In this document: in pieces, positions 24,411 to 36,402 of the stretch
How the letters are laid out: each line of letters begins with the position of its first letter
Numbering within the stretch: the first letter of the stretch is position 1
Origin: Podospora anserina
Lineage: Eukaryota
DNA length: 63,515 bases
Direction: 5' to 3'
Assembly (NCBI GenBank): GCA_017654855.1
Contig: JAFMPO010000001.1
Coordinates: 1,178,001 to 1,241,515, forward strand
The notes under the pieces: model-generated
Databases searched by the model: none
Seen by the model: the letters and a program-made list of their open reading frames with translations, nothing else
What the model was told of the DNA's origin: nothing
Program-made: the position numbers and the translations under genes

Positions 24411-24515
24411 GCAATGCAGGGTAGCCACGGGCAAGCTTCCCTAATCGTTTATAAGAATTGATAACTAAAGCTGGAAAACGACCATGGACAACGTTGTTTA
24501 AAACCGCCCAGAGGT

Positions 24516-25253
24516 TCACCAGGGCACATTTCTGCCAGAGTGATGAAAATACTCCCCATTGTTTGACTCCTTTAGGCCGTGCAGAATCTTGAGCATATTG
24601 CCAACGCTCTCACTGGGCTCGTATATGGCATTTTCCCCGCCCATGTCCGTCTTCACCCAGCCCGGATCCACCAGTGCCACAACTGCCCCTGGGAGGTGCG
24701 ATTTGATGTCCTCTGCTTGGTGGACGGCAAGCATGTTGAGAGCAGCCTTGCTGATGGAGTAGCCTGCACTCTGTCGTGGCTTGTGGTCAAGACTCACAGC
24801 CATGCTTCCCAAACCCGAAGAGATGTGGAAGATTCTCACTTTTGGCGATAGCAGTTTGGCTGTGAGCAATGCCGAAGTAAGGAGAGCCGGACCGAGAACG
24901 TTGGCGGTGATCATTTGATGGACAAGATCAGGCTCAAGGTTCAACGAATTCATCTCTGGTTTGAGGTTCAGAGCGGCATTGTGAATCAAGAAGTCTACTT
25001 TTTGGTCCGCCAAAATCTTTTGCTTTCCCAACGTTTCTACAAACCGGTTGATCGACTCTGCTGAGGAAATATCGCAGTCCAGTATGATGGCATTGTGATT
25101 CTTGGATTCCTCGATCACGGACTGCAAATTGCCGACATCGGAGGTGGGGGAGCGGACACAAGCAACAACGATGTTGGCGTGGTCTTGTGACAGTTGGCGG
25201 ATGAATTCCAACCCAATACCGCGGTTTGTTCCGGTGACGACGTAGACTGGCAT
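24516..25253 (-). CDS. Short-chain dehydrogenase/reductase (CsgA/C-factor-like)
   Basis: MPVYVVTGTNRGIGLE, HNAA, ISSGLGS, YSISKAALNM, DPGWVKTDMGG and terminal VPW. Confidence 0.92.
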   Translation of the reverse strand: MPVYVVTGTNRGIGLEFIRQLSQDHANIVVACVRSPTSDVGNLQSVIEESKNHNAIILDCDISSAESINRFVETLGKQKILADQKVDFLIHNAALNLKPEMNSLNLEPDLVHQMITANVLGPALLTSALLTAKLLSPKVRIFHISSGLGSMAVSLDHKPRQSAGYSISKAALNMLAVHQAEDIKSHLPGAVVALVDPGWVKTDMGGENAIYEPSESVGNMLKILHGLKESNNGEYFHHSGRNVPW

Positions 25254-25691
25254 CTTGGTTCGGAGTCGGTTTGTGAATTTAAAACGGTTCTGGGGAAATG
25301 GGACAGAACCACAAGGACCCTGGAACAATGCGGAGGGGAGAACATGTATAGATATACCCGGAGTGCTGGGCTCAGTGCCCTGGAAATTGTTCAAGGGCCC
25401 CCACGGATGGTACTTTATTTTATCTGACGTCACGAATTTGGCCGAATACTCCTTTAAAAAGTAATGTACACTAGACCGGTTGCTGTTGTTATTATTCGTT
25501 GTGGCAATACTTCAAAACTCTTGTAGCCCAGGCATCATTCCGGTGTATTGCATTCTTGTGTTTATCGTGTCCAGTTCCCATCTGGAACTTCAATTCACAT
25601 GCCGCAGTTGCTCGTATCCTGACTTGCATCCACCTCCAATAGGCCATTCTCATCCGCACTACGTTGCTTACTTGTGTTGCCGTAAAGTGAA

Positions 25692-26535
25692 TCAATGCTG
25701 AAACGTGCTCTCCAGACTCTTCAAAAGCTCGCCAAACACGGGCTGCAAAAATACGGTGGCGAAGGAGGCAATGACTGCCACAAGGGCAAGATGCAGTACT
25801 CCAAACGACAGCTGCTTCCGTGTCCTCTGCCCTCCATGTGTGGCGCCAGCACCTACCATCTTGGTGAGAGGTACGATCCCGTCTTCCTTGGCTGTCTTTC
25901 TGGCAATGTCTAAGCCTGGCAAACCATCTACACTTTCCGAATTCTTGAGCGCCCAGTACCTTTTTTTCGTCAGAAACACTTTAAAACTGTTACGGAAAGA
26001 GGTGCGCTTACTTCTCTATGCTCTCCTTGGAATCTCCCTTGTCAAACCTGTCGGCCTTCCTCGCAAAGAATTCGTTCAAGGTTGTTCGCCAATCTTTGAA
26101 TTCGAAATAAGGGACAGAGAAGCCACAACTGCTCCCAACCTGGTGCACATGGACAAGAATTATGCTTCTTGCTCCGGGAAGGAGCCTGACCTCGTGCTTC
26201 TTGACAAAAGTATTGAAGGAGTCTGTTCCATTTTCGAGCACTGTGCCGTGGCCGAACAGGCGGACGATGCGTGGTGGCCCTTCAAATGCGTTGAACATGA
26301 CGGTTATCCGTCCGTTATTCTTTTCGTACAGATGAGATATGGTCTCATTGCCGGAACCACTGAGATCGAGGTACCAGAAAGTCTTGGTGTCGAGGATGCC
26401 GAAATAGGGGCCGCCTTTAGGAGATACGTTGACATGTCCTTCCGGCGACAGAGGGGCGGTGGCCACCCAAAACACTTTTTGGGCCAGTATCCATTTGACA
26501 AGGGACTCGGGAATTGTTTCGTAAAACTGCCCCAT
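25692..26535 (-). CDS. Pyridoxamine 5'-phosphate oxidase-like FMN-binding protein with C-terminal TM helix (intron ~25961-26009)
   Basis: MGQFYETIP, FWVATAPLS, NVSPKG, YLDLSGSGNETISHL, SCGFSVP and YWALKNSESVDGLPGL. Confidence 0.88.
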
Positions 26536-27136
26536 TGTGAACATGCAATGTGATGACAAGGATATAGAACGGCAAAGGTGGAAACCAAACGGTGGGCACG
26601 GCTGACCACAGGTGTTCCTGATCGAGGGACCGTAAATCAGGTAGTTTACCAGCGGCGGTAAATAGAGGGACCGTGGTGCTATAAGAGTTTGAACAAGCGC
26701 GCAGAGAATGAAGATAAAACAACCATTACAGAGCTGGAATAATATGAGCGGACAGCGGGAGCTGTTTGGACATTGATAGCGATGAATCACATTGCGACAT
26801 CGCAGGCAGACAATGCCCTGTAGTAAGACGGAGCAACCTGGAAGGCCTGCCCAAGTGCAACCCAATAATAGGCCGCTAAGAGCCGCCCGCCCACATGGTC
26901 CTGGACCACTGGATGCAACGTCATCACTCAGCCCTAACCCTGGGCGGTTCGGTCTCGTCCCAATCAGAGAATGGCTATCGATAAGGTGGGTGATGGGAGC
27001 GGGGTTGCGCTGCGTACCACTTTGACATCTGCCCAACGACACAAACAGTGATAACCCGATCTCGAAACGACAGCAAAAGTCATAACCTTTCAGCATCTCA
27101 TTAAGCATCTTTACCTGCTTCAAGACTCGGGCCGCG

Positions 27137-29681
27137 ATGAAGAGCTTTCTCCTCGGCCTGGCCGGCAAGCCATCACCGGAACCAGAGCCTGCCCAAACGG
27201 CGCAAGCTCACGCTCTCAAAAGTGGGACTGACCTGGCCGATGCGATCACCGAAGGCATCAAAAAGCTTTCCACATCAGACCGGCAAAATGATTCTCAAAA
27301 CGAGCCGGCAGCTAGCAATAGCCAAGATGAAGCCGCAAAAACAAGGACGGCCTCACCAGACGACCAGGAGGATTGGAGCTCGGGTGACGAGACGGTCGTC
27401 GAGCAGACAGTTGCACATCCCAGGCAGGACATGATTGACCACATCATGAAGAGCTTGTGTACTTCCCTCGACACCAAAATCACTGAGTTGACTCAGTTCG
27501 CCAGTCTCGCCAAAACTGAGAAGGCATTCAGTGTCGCCGACTTGCCAGCAGCTCCCAAGAAGGGAAAGACACCTACGGCGGACAAGCCTCGAGAGCAGCA
27601 GGAAGCCAAAGAGACTCTGAAGGAGGAAAAGAAGAGCACCGAGGAGGAGGAAGTACCCAAGCCTATGAAGCTCTCTGACCTGTCCAAATCGAAGAAGCCA
27701 ACCTCAACGTCTGCAGCTCCTCCTCCACCTCCTGCCCCAGCCCCCGGTGCTGAGCCTGAACAAGACTTTGCCTCGCTCATGCTAACTGCCAAATCTCAAC
27801 CCTCTGCGGCCTCACCTAGTTTCCCGGCCACCTCTTTTGGCGCATTGCAGTTCGCGAGCATGCCGTTTATGGCCTCGGTCATGACGAATTTCCCCCAAAT
27901 CGAACCTTCATCTACTCAGCGGCCTTCCCAAAGCTTTTCTCGTTCCATCAGACCGACGCAAACGCCAGCACCATATATCGCACCAGCCCCAAGCTTGCCT
28001 CTATCTCCGGCCCCTTCGCCGCCAGCAGGGGATCACCCATCACCACCATCCTCTACAAAAAGGAATGCCAAGCGATCATTGGATGACGAGCTGCAAGGGC
28101 CAACAGCAGCTGATTTGAAGCCTCACTTTGGTCATGAAGAGGTCTATTCACGCAGAATTTCGGGTATTTCGGCTCCTTTTGGGTTTGGCCGTCCCAGTCC
28201 GAGAGCGCCCACTGTATCCTCACAGATGCCACAGTCGCGACAACTTCATACGGCTCCGCAACCTCGCGCACCCAACTTCCCACCAGGGCCGCCTGCTGCG
28301 TCTAGATCGATCCCAAGTGTCGACTCTTTCTTTAACGCCCCTCAACTTCCGAGAGATTCGTTTATTCCAGAGCAAGAATTATCTCCCAAAACGGTAGGTG
28401 ATGTTGCTACGCATGCTACTGCAAGGCGGCATCTCAGTGAAGCCGAGGTGGAGCCACCCGAAGACCACGACGGGAGACGCAAAAAGGCACGGCGAGCCAC
28501 GTCTGATAGCCCCGCCGGGCTGATGAGAAGCGGAAACAAGTTTGCCTGTCCCTACTTCAAGCGGAACCCTCGCAAATATCAGAAATGGACGTCTTGCCCG
28601 GGCCCGGGATGGGAGGAAGTTCATCGAGTCAAGTATGCAGTTTCCTCGACGTCGATCTCGTGGTGTCTTTTATTAACCAGACAGCAGGACTCATCTTTAC
28701 AGACGACACAGGCTCCCAATCCAGTGTCCTCGTTGTTGGGACACCTTTGAGGAAGATACTATTCTTCAAAATCATCTCCAACAGGACCCGCCGTGCACCA
28801 TGCAGCAAAACAGGATTCCACACGAAGGCTTCACCAAGGATCAGGAAAAGAAATTGCGAAGTCGCAAAAAGGCCCAGCCAAACATGACGGATGAAGATAA
28901 ATGGGTTGAGATCTACATGATCCTGTTTCCAGACGATGATCCGGACTCTGTCCCCACACCATGTCTGTGAACCCCCTCGACCAAACTCCGTGCCGAGTTC
29001 TCGCGCTGACAAGTCACAGACTACGATGACCAGGACGACGATAACGCTACCCCTGCCTCGGGCTTGGGTTCTGGTTCGAGCGATCTGGAGGATTATGCAA
29101 CGTTTCTCAGAAGAGAAATGCCAACTCTTGTTCGTCGTGAGCTCGAGGTGCTCTTTCAAAACGAATCCCGAGATGTTGAGGACAGACTTCGATCCAAGGT
29201 GGAAGACATCATGGTCGGTCTCCAACCAAAGCTAATGAGCCTTTACCGCCAAAGCCAAATGCCACTCAGCGAATATGGTCCGCCGCAGGACATTCCTCAA
29301 TTGCAAATCCCGGCAGATCAACCAGCGCAGTGGGATACTTTGAGCAGCAGCGATCTCGCCACCCCTGCCATGTCGACTGGCACCGGAACAAGCATTGACC
29401 TGGGTGCAGGGATGCATCCGACGTCCCCATATCAGCAAATGGCCGGCGGGGAGGGATTTGATTCCACCAATCTCGACTACAGCTCATTAGCAGGTCTCGA
29501 GTGGGATGGAAACCAGCTGCACTCCAACACTGGCTATCAGTTTCAACAGCAGGCCCAGAACCTGAATTGGGATCAAGAGTTCAACAAGTTGCTCAGCCCT
29601 GTGGTGTATGCTCCGCTTAATGGAGAACTCAATTTTGCCACTGGGTTTCAGGGAAACTTTCAAGGTTCATACCAGGGGTAA
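27137..29681 (+). CDS. Fungal C2H2-like zinc-finger protein / putative transcription factor (introns ~28633-28688 and ~28963-29020)
   Basis: Low-complexity Pro/Ser N-terminus; FACPYFKRNPRKY..SCPGPGW..VHRVK spliced to THLYRRH..QCPRCW..HLQ; W.EIY.ILFPDD..PTP. Confidence 0.8.
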
Positions 29682-30050
29682 GGGGGGTGAAAACATGACC
29701 GTAAAACTTTGGGTCAATGGTTATGAGTTTATGACAGCCTTTCTGTATTTTTGTCTGGTGATGAATGATCAGTAGCTGAAGAAATACAACAGCGTACATT
29801 TCTTATTTGAGTAGCTCGGGGTCGCATTGCCAGTGTCTTGTTGGTAGCGAAATAGCCGCCGGATATACTACCTTGCCTTGGTGCCGCGTGAAGCATTCAG
29901 CTAACACATGGTTGATATTTGTGTCTAGCAATGCTCCCGCTGTGGAACCACTATGGACAGATTGCACTTCTGATATTTGATAACAATGTCCTATCCAGCC
30001 GCCCGTGTCTTCGTGTCTATTGAATTTCACCTGACATCAAGCAAGTCAAA

Positions 30051-31418
30051 ATGGCACTCTCAAGCATCTTATCTCTTGTCCTTCTAGCATCGGCAGGCAA
30101 GGCGAAACAAACAACAGCAGCTGTGTTTCCCTCTGCAAAACAGCAATGTCCTCATCATCCAGCAGGCCGCTTGGAAACAGCTGCGCTGCTACCGGTTTGT
30201 CCACTTCCAGGGCACATTGGCGTCCTGTCCGATGAAAGCCCCAATGCTATCGCGTGGGACTACCCACCCAAGTGCATTTCACCTCCAGCAAAAGACAATA
30301 CAACCGTCCCAAGAATCGACTGCCTGTTCACTTCGACCACCTTTCGCAATGGCCACGGCATCAGCTTGGTTTCTTCCACACTGACAACATCTCATATTGT
30401 CGGTGTTGGTTCATTTGATGATGAGGCCCCTCCGCTTGGGGTGCAGCGCCGCGAGAATCTTGGTTCTGCCTACGAGATTGTCCCGGTGGAAGGGAAAGGG
30501 TTGGGTGTTGTTGCCAAGCGCAAGATCAAGCGTGGAGAGATTGTCATGTCTGACTACCCTTCCCTACTTATTGGGACAGGCTTCTTGGGCACCGCACAGC
30601 CCCATCATAGGAGACGGATGCTCAAGCAAGCCATCAACCAGCTTCCCGATAAATTGAGGTCCAAGGTCAGGGGTTTATCGAGAGGAGCAGAAAAGTACGA
30701 GGTGGACGCCATCTTGGGACCGAATGCCAATACGGTCATGATTGGAGAGCAAGACGGGGAGCAAATGCATGTCGGCCTGTTTGCTGAGGCTGCGAGGATA
30801 AACCATGGCTGCAGACCAAACGTTCACTCGAGGTTCTCGGAGAGGAGGTTGACAATGGAGATCATGGCTCATGTAGCCATCGAGCCGGGAGAGGAGATCT
30901 TGATGAGCTGTAAGTGCTGGACTATAGGGTATTCAACACACATGCATATTGCTAACTGATATGTGATAGATGTGCCCATCACAACTGTCCGTGATGAAAG
31001 ACGAAAGTATCTCAAAGACCATTGGGGATTTGACTGCAAGTGTCAACTGTGTACTGGTACGAAGAATGAGATTGAGGAGTCAGAGTTCTATCGACGCCGC
31101 CAAAAGAGTCTCAAGGAGAGTATTGAGAGCGCGCGTGCCGAAGGGTTCTTCAAGGATGCCATTGTCATGAGCGGCGAGTGGCATGAGTTTAGCGAGTGGG
31201 ACATGGTTCCCCCTCTTGCGCCTGAGTACCATGATAGCCTGGCAAACTTGCATTACGCAAATGGGGATTTGTTCAATGCGACAAGATATGCGAGGATGGC
31301 ATATGATGGGTGGGTGAGGTTTGGCAGTGTGGATGATGAAAAGTTGGAGCACTCGAGAACGGTGCTGGCAAAGATTGAAAAGGAGTTTGAGAAGAGTTTG
31401 AAGTTTGAGAAGGACTAA
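30051..31418 (+). CDS. SET-domain protein (SMYD/Set5-like) with N-terminal signal peptide (intron ~30910-30969)
   Basis: GKGLGVVAKRKIKRGEIV, RINHGCRPN, GEEILMSY and post-SET WGFDCKCQLC, then a helical/TPR-like tail; N-terminus MALSSILSLVLLASAGKA. Confidence 0.87.
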
Positions 31419-31943
31419 CAACCAGGCGTGTATATACTTTGGTTGAGATTTAAAATTTCATTCTTCTTGTCTGTTTGTTGATCACCGGAGCCAAAAGTCG
31501 TCGCCGAAAGAGAACCACAAAGCCCAGCCACACAGTTTGGTTGTCTACCACATCGACTTATTACAGGAATACCTGTGTCGATCATCACATTTGTAAATAT
31601 ACCTTCCTAATAGACAAATCCCATGCATCGGTTCCGGCACCGGAGGCACGGGACAGATGCAGGAGGGGTTACATTGGTAGCTCAGCTCTACTTTACGTGT
31701 ATCGAAAGTGACAGAGGCAACCATTGTGTACAACCCTCATGATTCTACAAATAGCTTATGGCCTATGCTGGCTTGCTATGTGTTCTGCCATTGTTGCAAT
31801 CAGCTTACAAGATCATGCTGTAAGCCACGGGGTACTTGGGGAATGGTCCTAACGCCATGTATAAGGAGCTGATGCACAGGGCTAATTTGTCACAGCATCT
31901 CACAACCTGGAAATCAGTGGAGAGCCGACTTGAAGATTTCAGC

Positions 31944-33934
31944 ATGTGGTCTGTTACTGCGATAATCACTGCCACGCTTTTCGCGCAGGTGGCAATAGGT
32001 CAACCTCCGAATGACTCCCACTTTTCAGATGTCGATATCGACACTGTGGCTTCAGGGATCTTTGGCAACCGAGGACCATCCACCAAACCAACATCGCGTT
32101 GCAAAGCCTTCCCCGGAGAAACCGCGTGGCCATCTGTTTCGGATTGGGCCAGTTTAAATCGCACTCTAGGTGGGGTTTTGCTCAACCCTTCCCCCCCAGC
32201 CTCGGTGTGCTATCCGACTTCAGCAAGCTTCAACACCACGGCATGCAACTTTTTGTTTAATGGTGCTAGTCAAAGCACTTTCTGGTTTGATGATCCGGTC
32301 ACTGTTCAAGGGACCTGGCCTCAGGGTTTGACATGCCCCCTCGTGAGGAACCCTCAAGCTAATGCCACCTGTACGAGGGGAGGTTATCCTGTTTACGTGG
32401 TCAATGCTACACAACCAAAACATGTTCAGTCAGCGGTGAATTTTGCAAGAGAAAAGAACGTTCGGCTGATAATCAAGTATGTTTACTTGGCCGTCCTGCA
32501 TCTGTGTCTGTGCCTCCTGCTGACTGACGCATAGAAACACGGGTCATGACTTTCTTGCTCGCAACATCGGTGCGGGATCTCTGAGCATCTGGACCCATAA
32601 TCTGAGAGGTTTTGAGTTCATATCAGATTATAAGCAACCCGGAGGACGTTACCGAGGTCCTGCTGCGTGGGTTGGCGCTGGACTACAGGTCTATGACGCG
32701 TTTAGATATGCACTGGCGCACAACATCACTCTACCTGCTGCTTCTTGTCTTACCATTGGGTCTTACGGAGGTTGGATATCGGGTGGAGGCCACTCCCCTT
32801 TATCATCCAAGTATGGCCTAGGAGTAGACCAGGTTTTGGAGCTCAAGGTTGTGACAGCCGACGGAAAATATGTTACGGCAAACCCGACCAAAAACGAGGA
32901 TCTGTTCTTTGCTTTCCGAGGTGGTGGAGGCAGTGAGTGTTTTGCGTCTGCTGTACAAAGTATGCCACCGAAGCTAACAGACAAACCAAGGCACATATGG
33001 AGTGATAACCTCGGCCATTGTGAAAGCCCATCCTGCCATCAATCTGACCATCGCGTCCTTCAACTTCAATCTTGGCAACACACCTTCTTCGAGCCCCTCC
33101 TCAAATCCAACCATTACCAACAGCACTGCATTTTGGCTAGGCTTCAACGCTATCTTTGCTTTTGCAATTCCTGTTGTAGATGCAGGGGGTTATCTCTGGA
33201 CAAATGGACTGCCTTCTGGTCCTGGCTTCGCCATGCAAGTCCAGGTGCAGATGCCGGGCTTGTCTCCAGGTGAAGCACTTGCTTTTACTCAACCTCTTCT
33301 GGATGAGCTGAACGGCCTTGGAATACCTGTTGCAAACATCACCGTCCGCACCCAGGTTTACAGCAGCCAATCGTCGACCGGAGCAGGCGGTGCTCCAGGT
33401 GCAGGTGGATATTTTGCTTCTCGTCTGTTCCCGCGGGCGGCATACGTTGATCCTGTCCTATTCTCCAAAGCCATGAACGCCTCACGAGTACTGGTTGAAG
33501 CGGGGTATACGTTTCATGGACTCAACATGGCTCCCACGCTCGAAGCAGCAGGCCACCCTTACCCAGCAGGCGTCAACCCCGTATGGAGAGAAAGTGTCAT
33601 GCACGCTGACATATTCGGATTCAGCAAGCTCAATCTTGGAACAGCCACTGATCAGCAGGTCATTGCAGCCCAGCTTGCTCTGACACAACTGATGGAGCCC
33701 CTCAAGGAGGCAACGCCAGGGGGAGGGAGCTACCTCAACGAAGGGGATCCTCATGAGCCGAACTGGCAACAGTCATTCTATGGGGACAATTATTCAAAGC
33801 TTGTTAGGGTGAAGAAGACTCGAGATCCTTGGGGTGTATTTTGGGCGCCGACCACCCCGGGAAGTGAAGAGTGGAAGATTGAGGGAGAAGGGGGGCTTTT
33901 GTGGAGGCAGAGTGGTCGACTTTGTAGGGTGTAA
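31944..33934 (+). CDS. Secreted FAD-linked oxidoreductase (BBE-like), introns ~32478-32534 and ~32933-32990
   Basis: Signal peptide; CKAFPG..WPS, YVVNA, IKNTGHDF (covalent FAD His), [21 protein letters not shown] and YGDNY..L..VK...DP. Confidence 0.92.
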
Positions 33935-34614
33935 AGGTGTCAATGTTTGGAACATCGTTTGTTTATTGCGGCATGCTCTTCGAGGGAAACAATTCGAAGA
34001 TAGGTACCCACTCCACATGAGTGAAAGTTAAGAAGCTGAACTTGACCAGACTCTTGTGTTTTACCGACATGGTATTTCATCTCTGCATTTTCCTCAACTG
34101 TCTCCAACCCAGGAGGTGCATTTGGCCGAAGGATTGGCCAATCAATCTTCTCATCCGTCCCACCTGCATTATGTGCTTGGCGACGATGCAACACGATTGA
34201 CACGTGCAGAAGAATGTGCATTTAATTGACCGTAGCATTCTCTGAGCTTATCCTTGCAAATGGAACCGTCCGCTCTCCGTCCCCCACCTCGGGTATACCG
34301 GGCTAGATTGGAAAAGGAAGCAGCTCAACCGTCGTCGATATATGTGGGAACGATGTGGCAGGGAGACATGCCGATAACGCTGGGAATGCTCACTTTATTG
34401 GATCCCGTGTAGACGGCCCTTGCCATCGGGGAGGAAGAGATGGAAACTCCAAGACGCAGCAAAACCGAGACCCCGGAAAGATGGATGCAACTCTGTCTTG
34501 TGCAAGCACGTGGCAAGGACTCGCCTTGTTCATAAAGATCATCTCCCCGCTCCCACCCAGACGTTATAGTTACTCGCCCCAGGTACCTTGTTTCCCCTGT
34601 GCCAAACCACCACC

Positions 34615-35935
34615 ATGGCGACCTTCCAGAAGCTTGCGATCCTCTGCCTCGGTGCTTCCACTGTGCTTGCCGCCCCTAGCGACAAGCACAATGGCAAGAA
34701 GACACCCAAGGTGTCGCCCATCAAGCAGATCTCTCTCGGACCGCGCCCCTACTGGCTCGTGGATCAGATGGACGAGGGGCCTCTCAAGAAGAAGCTCGCC
34801 TCTTGTTCAGAGAAGAGGATGAAACCCAGCGACTGGAGCATTTCTCACCGTGGCGGTGGCACCCTTCAGTTCCCGGAGCATACCTACGACTCAATTATTG
34901 CTGGTGTCAGTGTTGCCCATTCACCCCTTAGGAAGAAGCTGTCTAACTCGAGCCCCTAAACAGACCAGAATGGGAGCCGGCATTCAGGAATGCGATGTCA
35001 CCTTCACCAAAGACCTTCAACTCGTCTGCCGCCATGCCCAATGTGACTTGCACACCACAACCAACGTCGTTTCTCTCCCTGAACTTAATGCCAAGTGCAC
35101 CACCCCCTTTCAGCCTGCTTCTGGGGACAGGCCTGCTAAGGCCAAGTGTTGCACTTCGGATTTCACTTTGGCAGAGATCAAGACGCTTTGTGCAAAGATG
35201 GACGCCTCGGATCCGAAAGCAACAACCCCGGAGGAGTATCTTGGTGGCACAGCAAGCTGGAGGACCGACCTCTACGCCAAAACCTGCAGCGAGGTGCCTA
35301 CTCTCAAGGAATTCATCTCTCTGGTTGACGATCTCGGTCTCAAGTTCACGCCTGAGTTGAAGGCCCCCGAGGTGCCCATGCCCTTCAATGGCGGCAACTA
35401 CACCCAGGCGGCTTATGCCCAACACATGATTGATGAGTTCAAGGCGGCCGGTATCAAGCCAGAGAGGGTGTGGCCACAATCTTTTGTGTATGAGGATATC
35501 CTGTACTGGCTAAAGGCTGAGCCAAAATGGGGAAAGCAAGCCGTGTTGCTGGACGAGAGCGGCGATGAGCCAGGTACATTCCCCTCTGCTGTCGCGAGGC
35601 TCAAGGAGTACAAGAAGGCCGGTGTTAGGATTGTCGCTCCTCCTCTGCCCTACTTGGTCACCGTTGATAAGAAGGGGAAGATTGTGCCCAGCAGCTATGC
35701 CATCGAAGCCAAGAAACAGAAACTCGACATCATTACGTGGAGCTTGGAGAGGAGCGGTTGGCTTAGTGACGGCAGCGGAGGAGGATATTACTATGCAAGC
35801 GTGGCCAATGTGACCAACGGCGAGGGAGATGTGTACAATCTGTTACATGTGTTGGCTCAGGATGTGGGAGTCATTGGCGTCTTCTCTGATTGGAGTGCCA
35901 CGGTCACATACTATGCCAATTGCTTCGGCCTGTAG
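34615..35935 (+). CDS. Secreted glycerophosphodiester phosphodiesterase (GDPD), intron ~34905-34963
   Basis: [46 protein letters not shown] and FSDW. Confidence 0.93.
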
Positions 35936-36402
35936 TCGACCAAGCAACATACACGAGTATGAGCGAACTTGATCATATCTACATGTGCCTACTGTTTTTG
36001 AGCCGTTCCATGTTCCTGTGATCACAGCTCGCCATCGACCGTCAGCCCAACTTTATTTGGTATTATCAATTGGTCTGTGGAGAAGCTCAGCCTATCATGT
36101 GCAAGATCAGATGGAAAAAAACCTACTGCAGATACATGTACCTATGTACCCAAGGAGGAATATAAACCAAGATCTTGACGCCAATCTGGATCGCCGCTTG
36201 ATGGCCTGGTGACCAATGCTTCAGGCTCCAACAGCTCTTGGAATAAAAAGACCAATGAGAATGGGCTCAAGAACAGGCAGCTTCTTGGTGTGGGGTAAAA
36301 AGCAGACGTCTGCCTTCTGAGCCGTGTTAGAGGTAGTATAAGGAGACCACTCATTCCTCGACACAAGCAATCAATATTACATCCAACTTCAACCTCAACA
36401 AC

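Noticed and set aside
25705-27168. 282-aa plus ORF, and the long N-terminal extension of ORF 26008-27168
   Set aside because: Shadow of the PNPOx-like gene. The family start is MGQFYE at 26535, and the extension runs through the divergent promoter.
11701-35935. Secondary-metabolite gene cluster (TF, hydrolase, SDR, FAD oxidase)
   Set aside because: No backbone enzyme (PKS, NRPS, terpene synthase or DMATS) in the window, and the genes are interspersed with unrelated functions.
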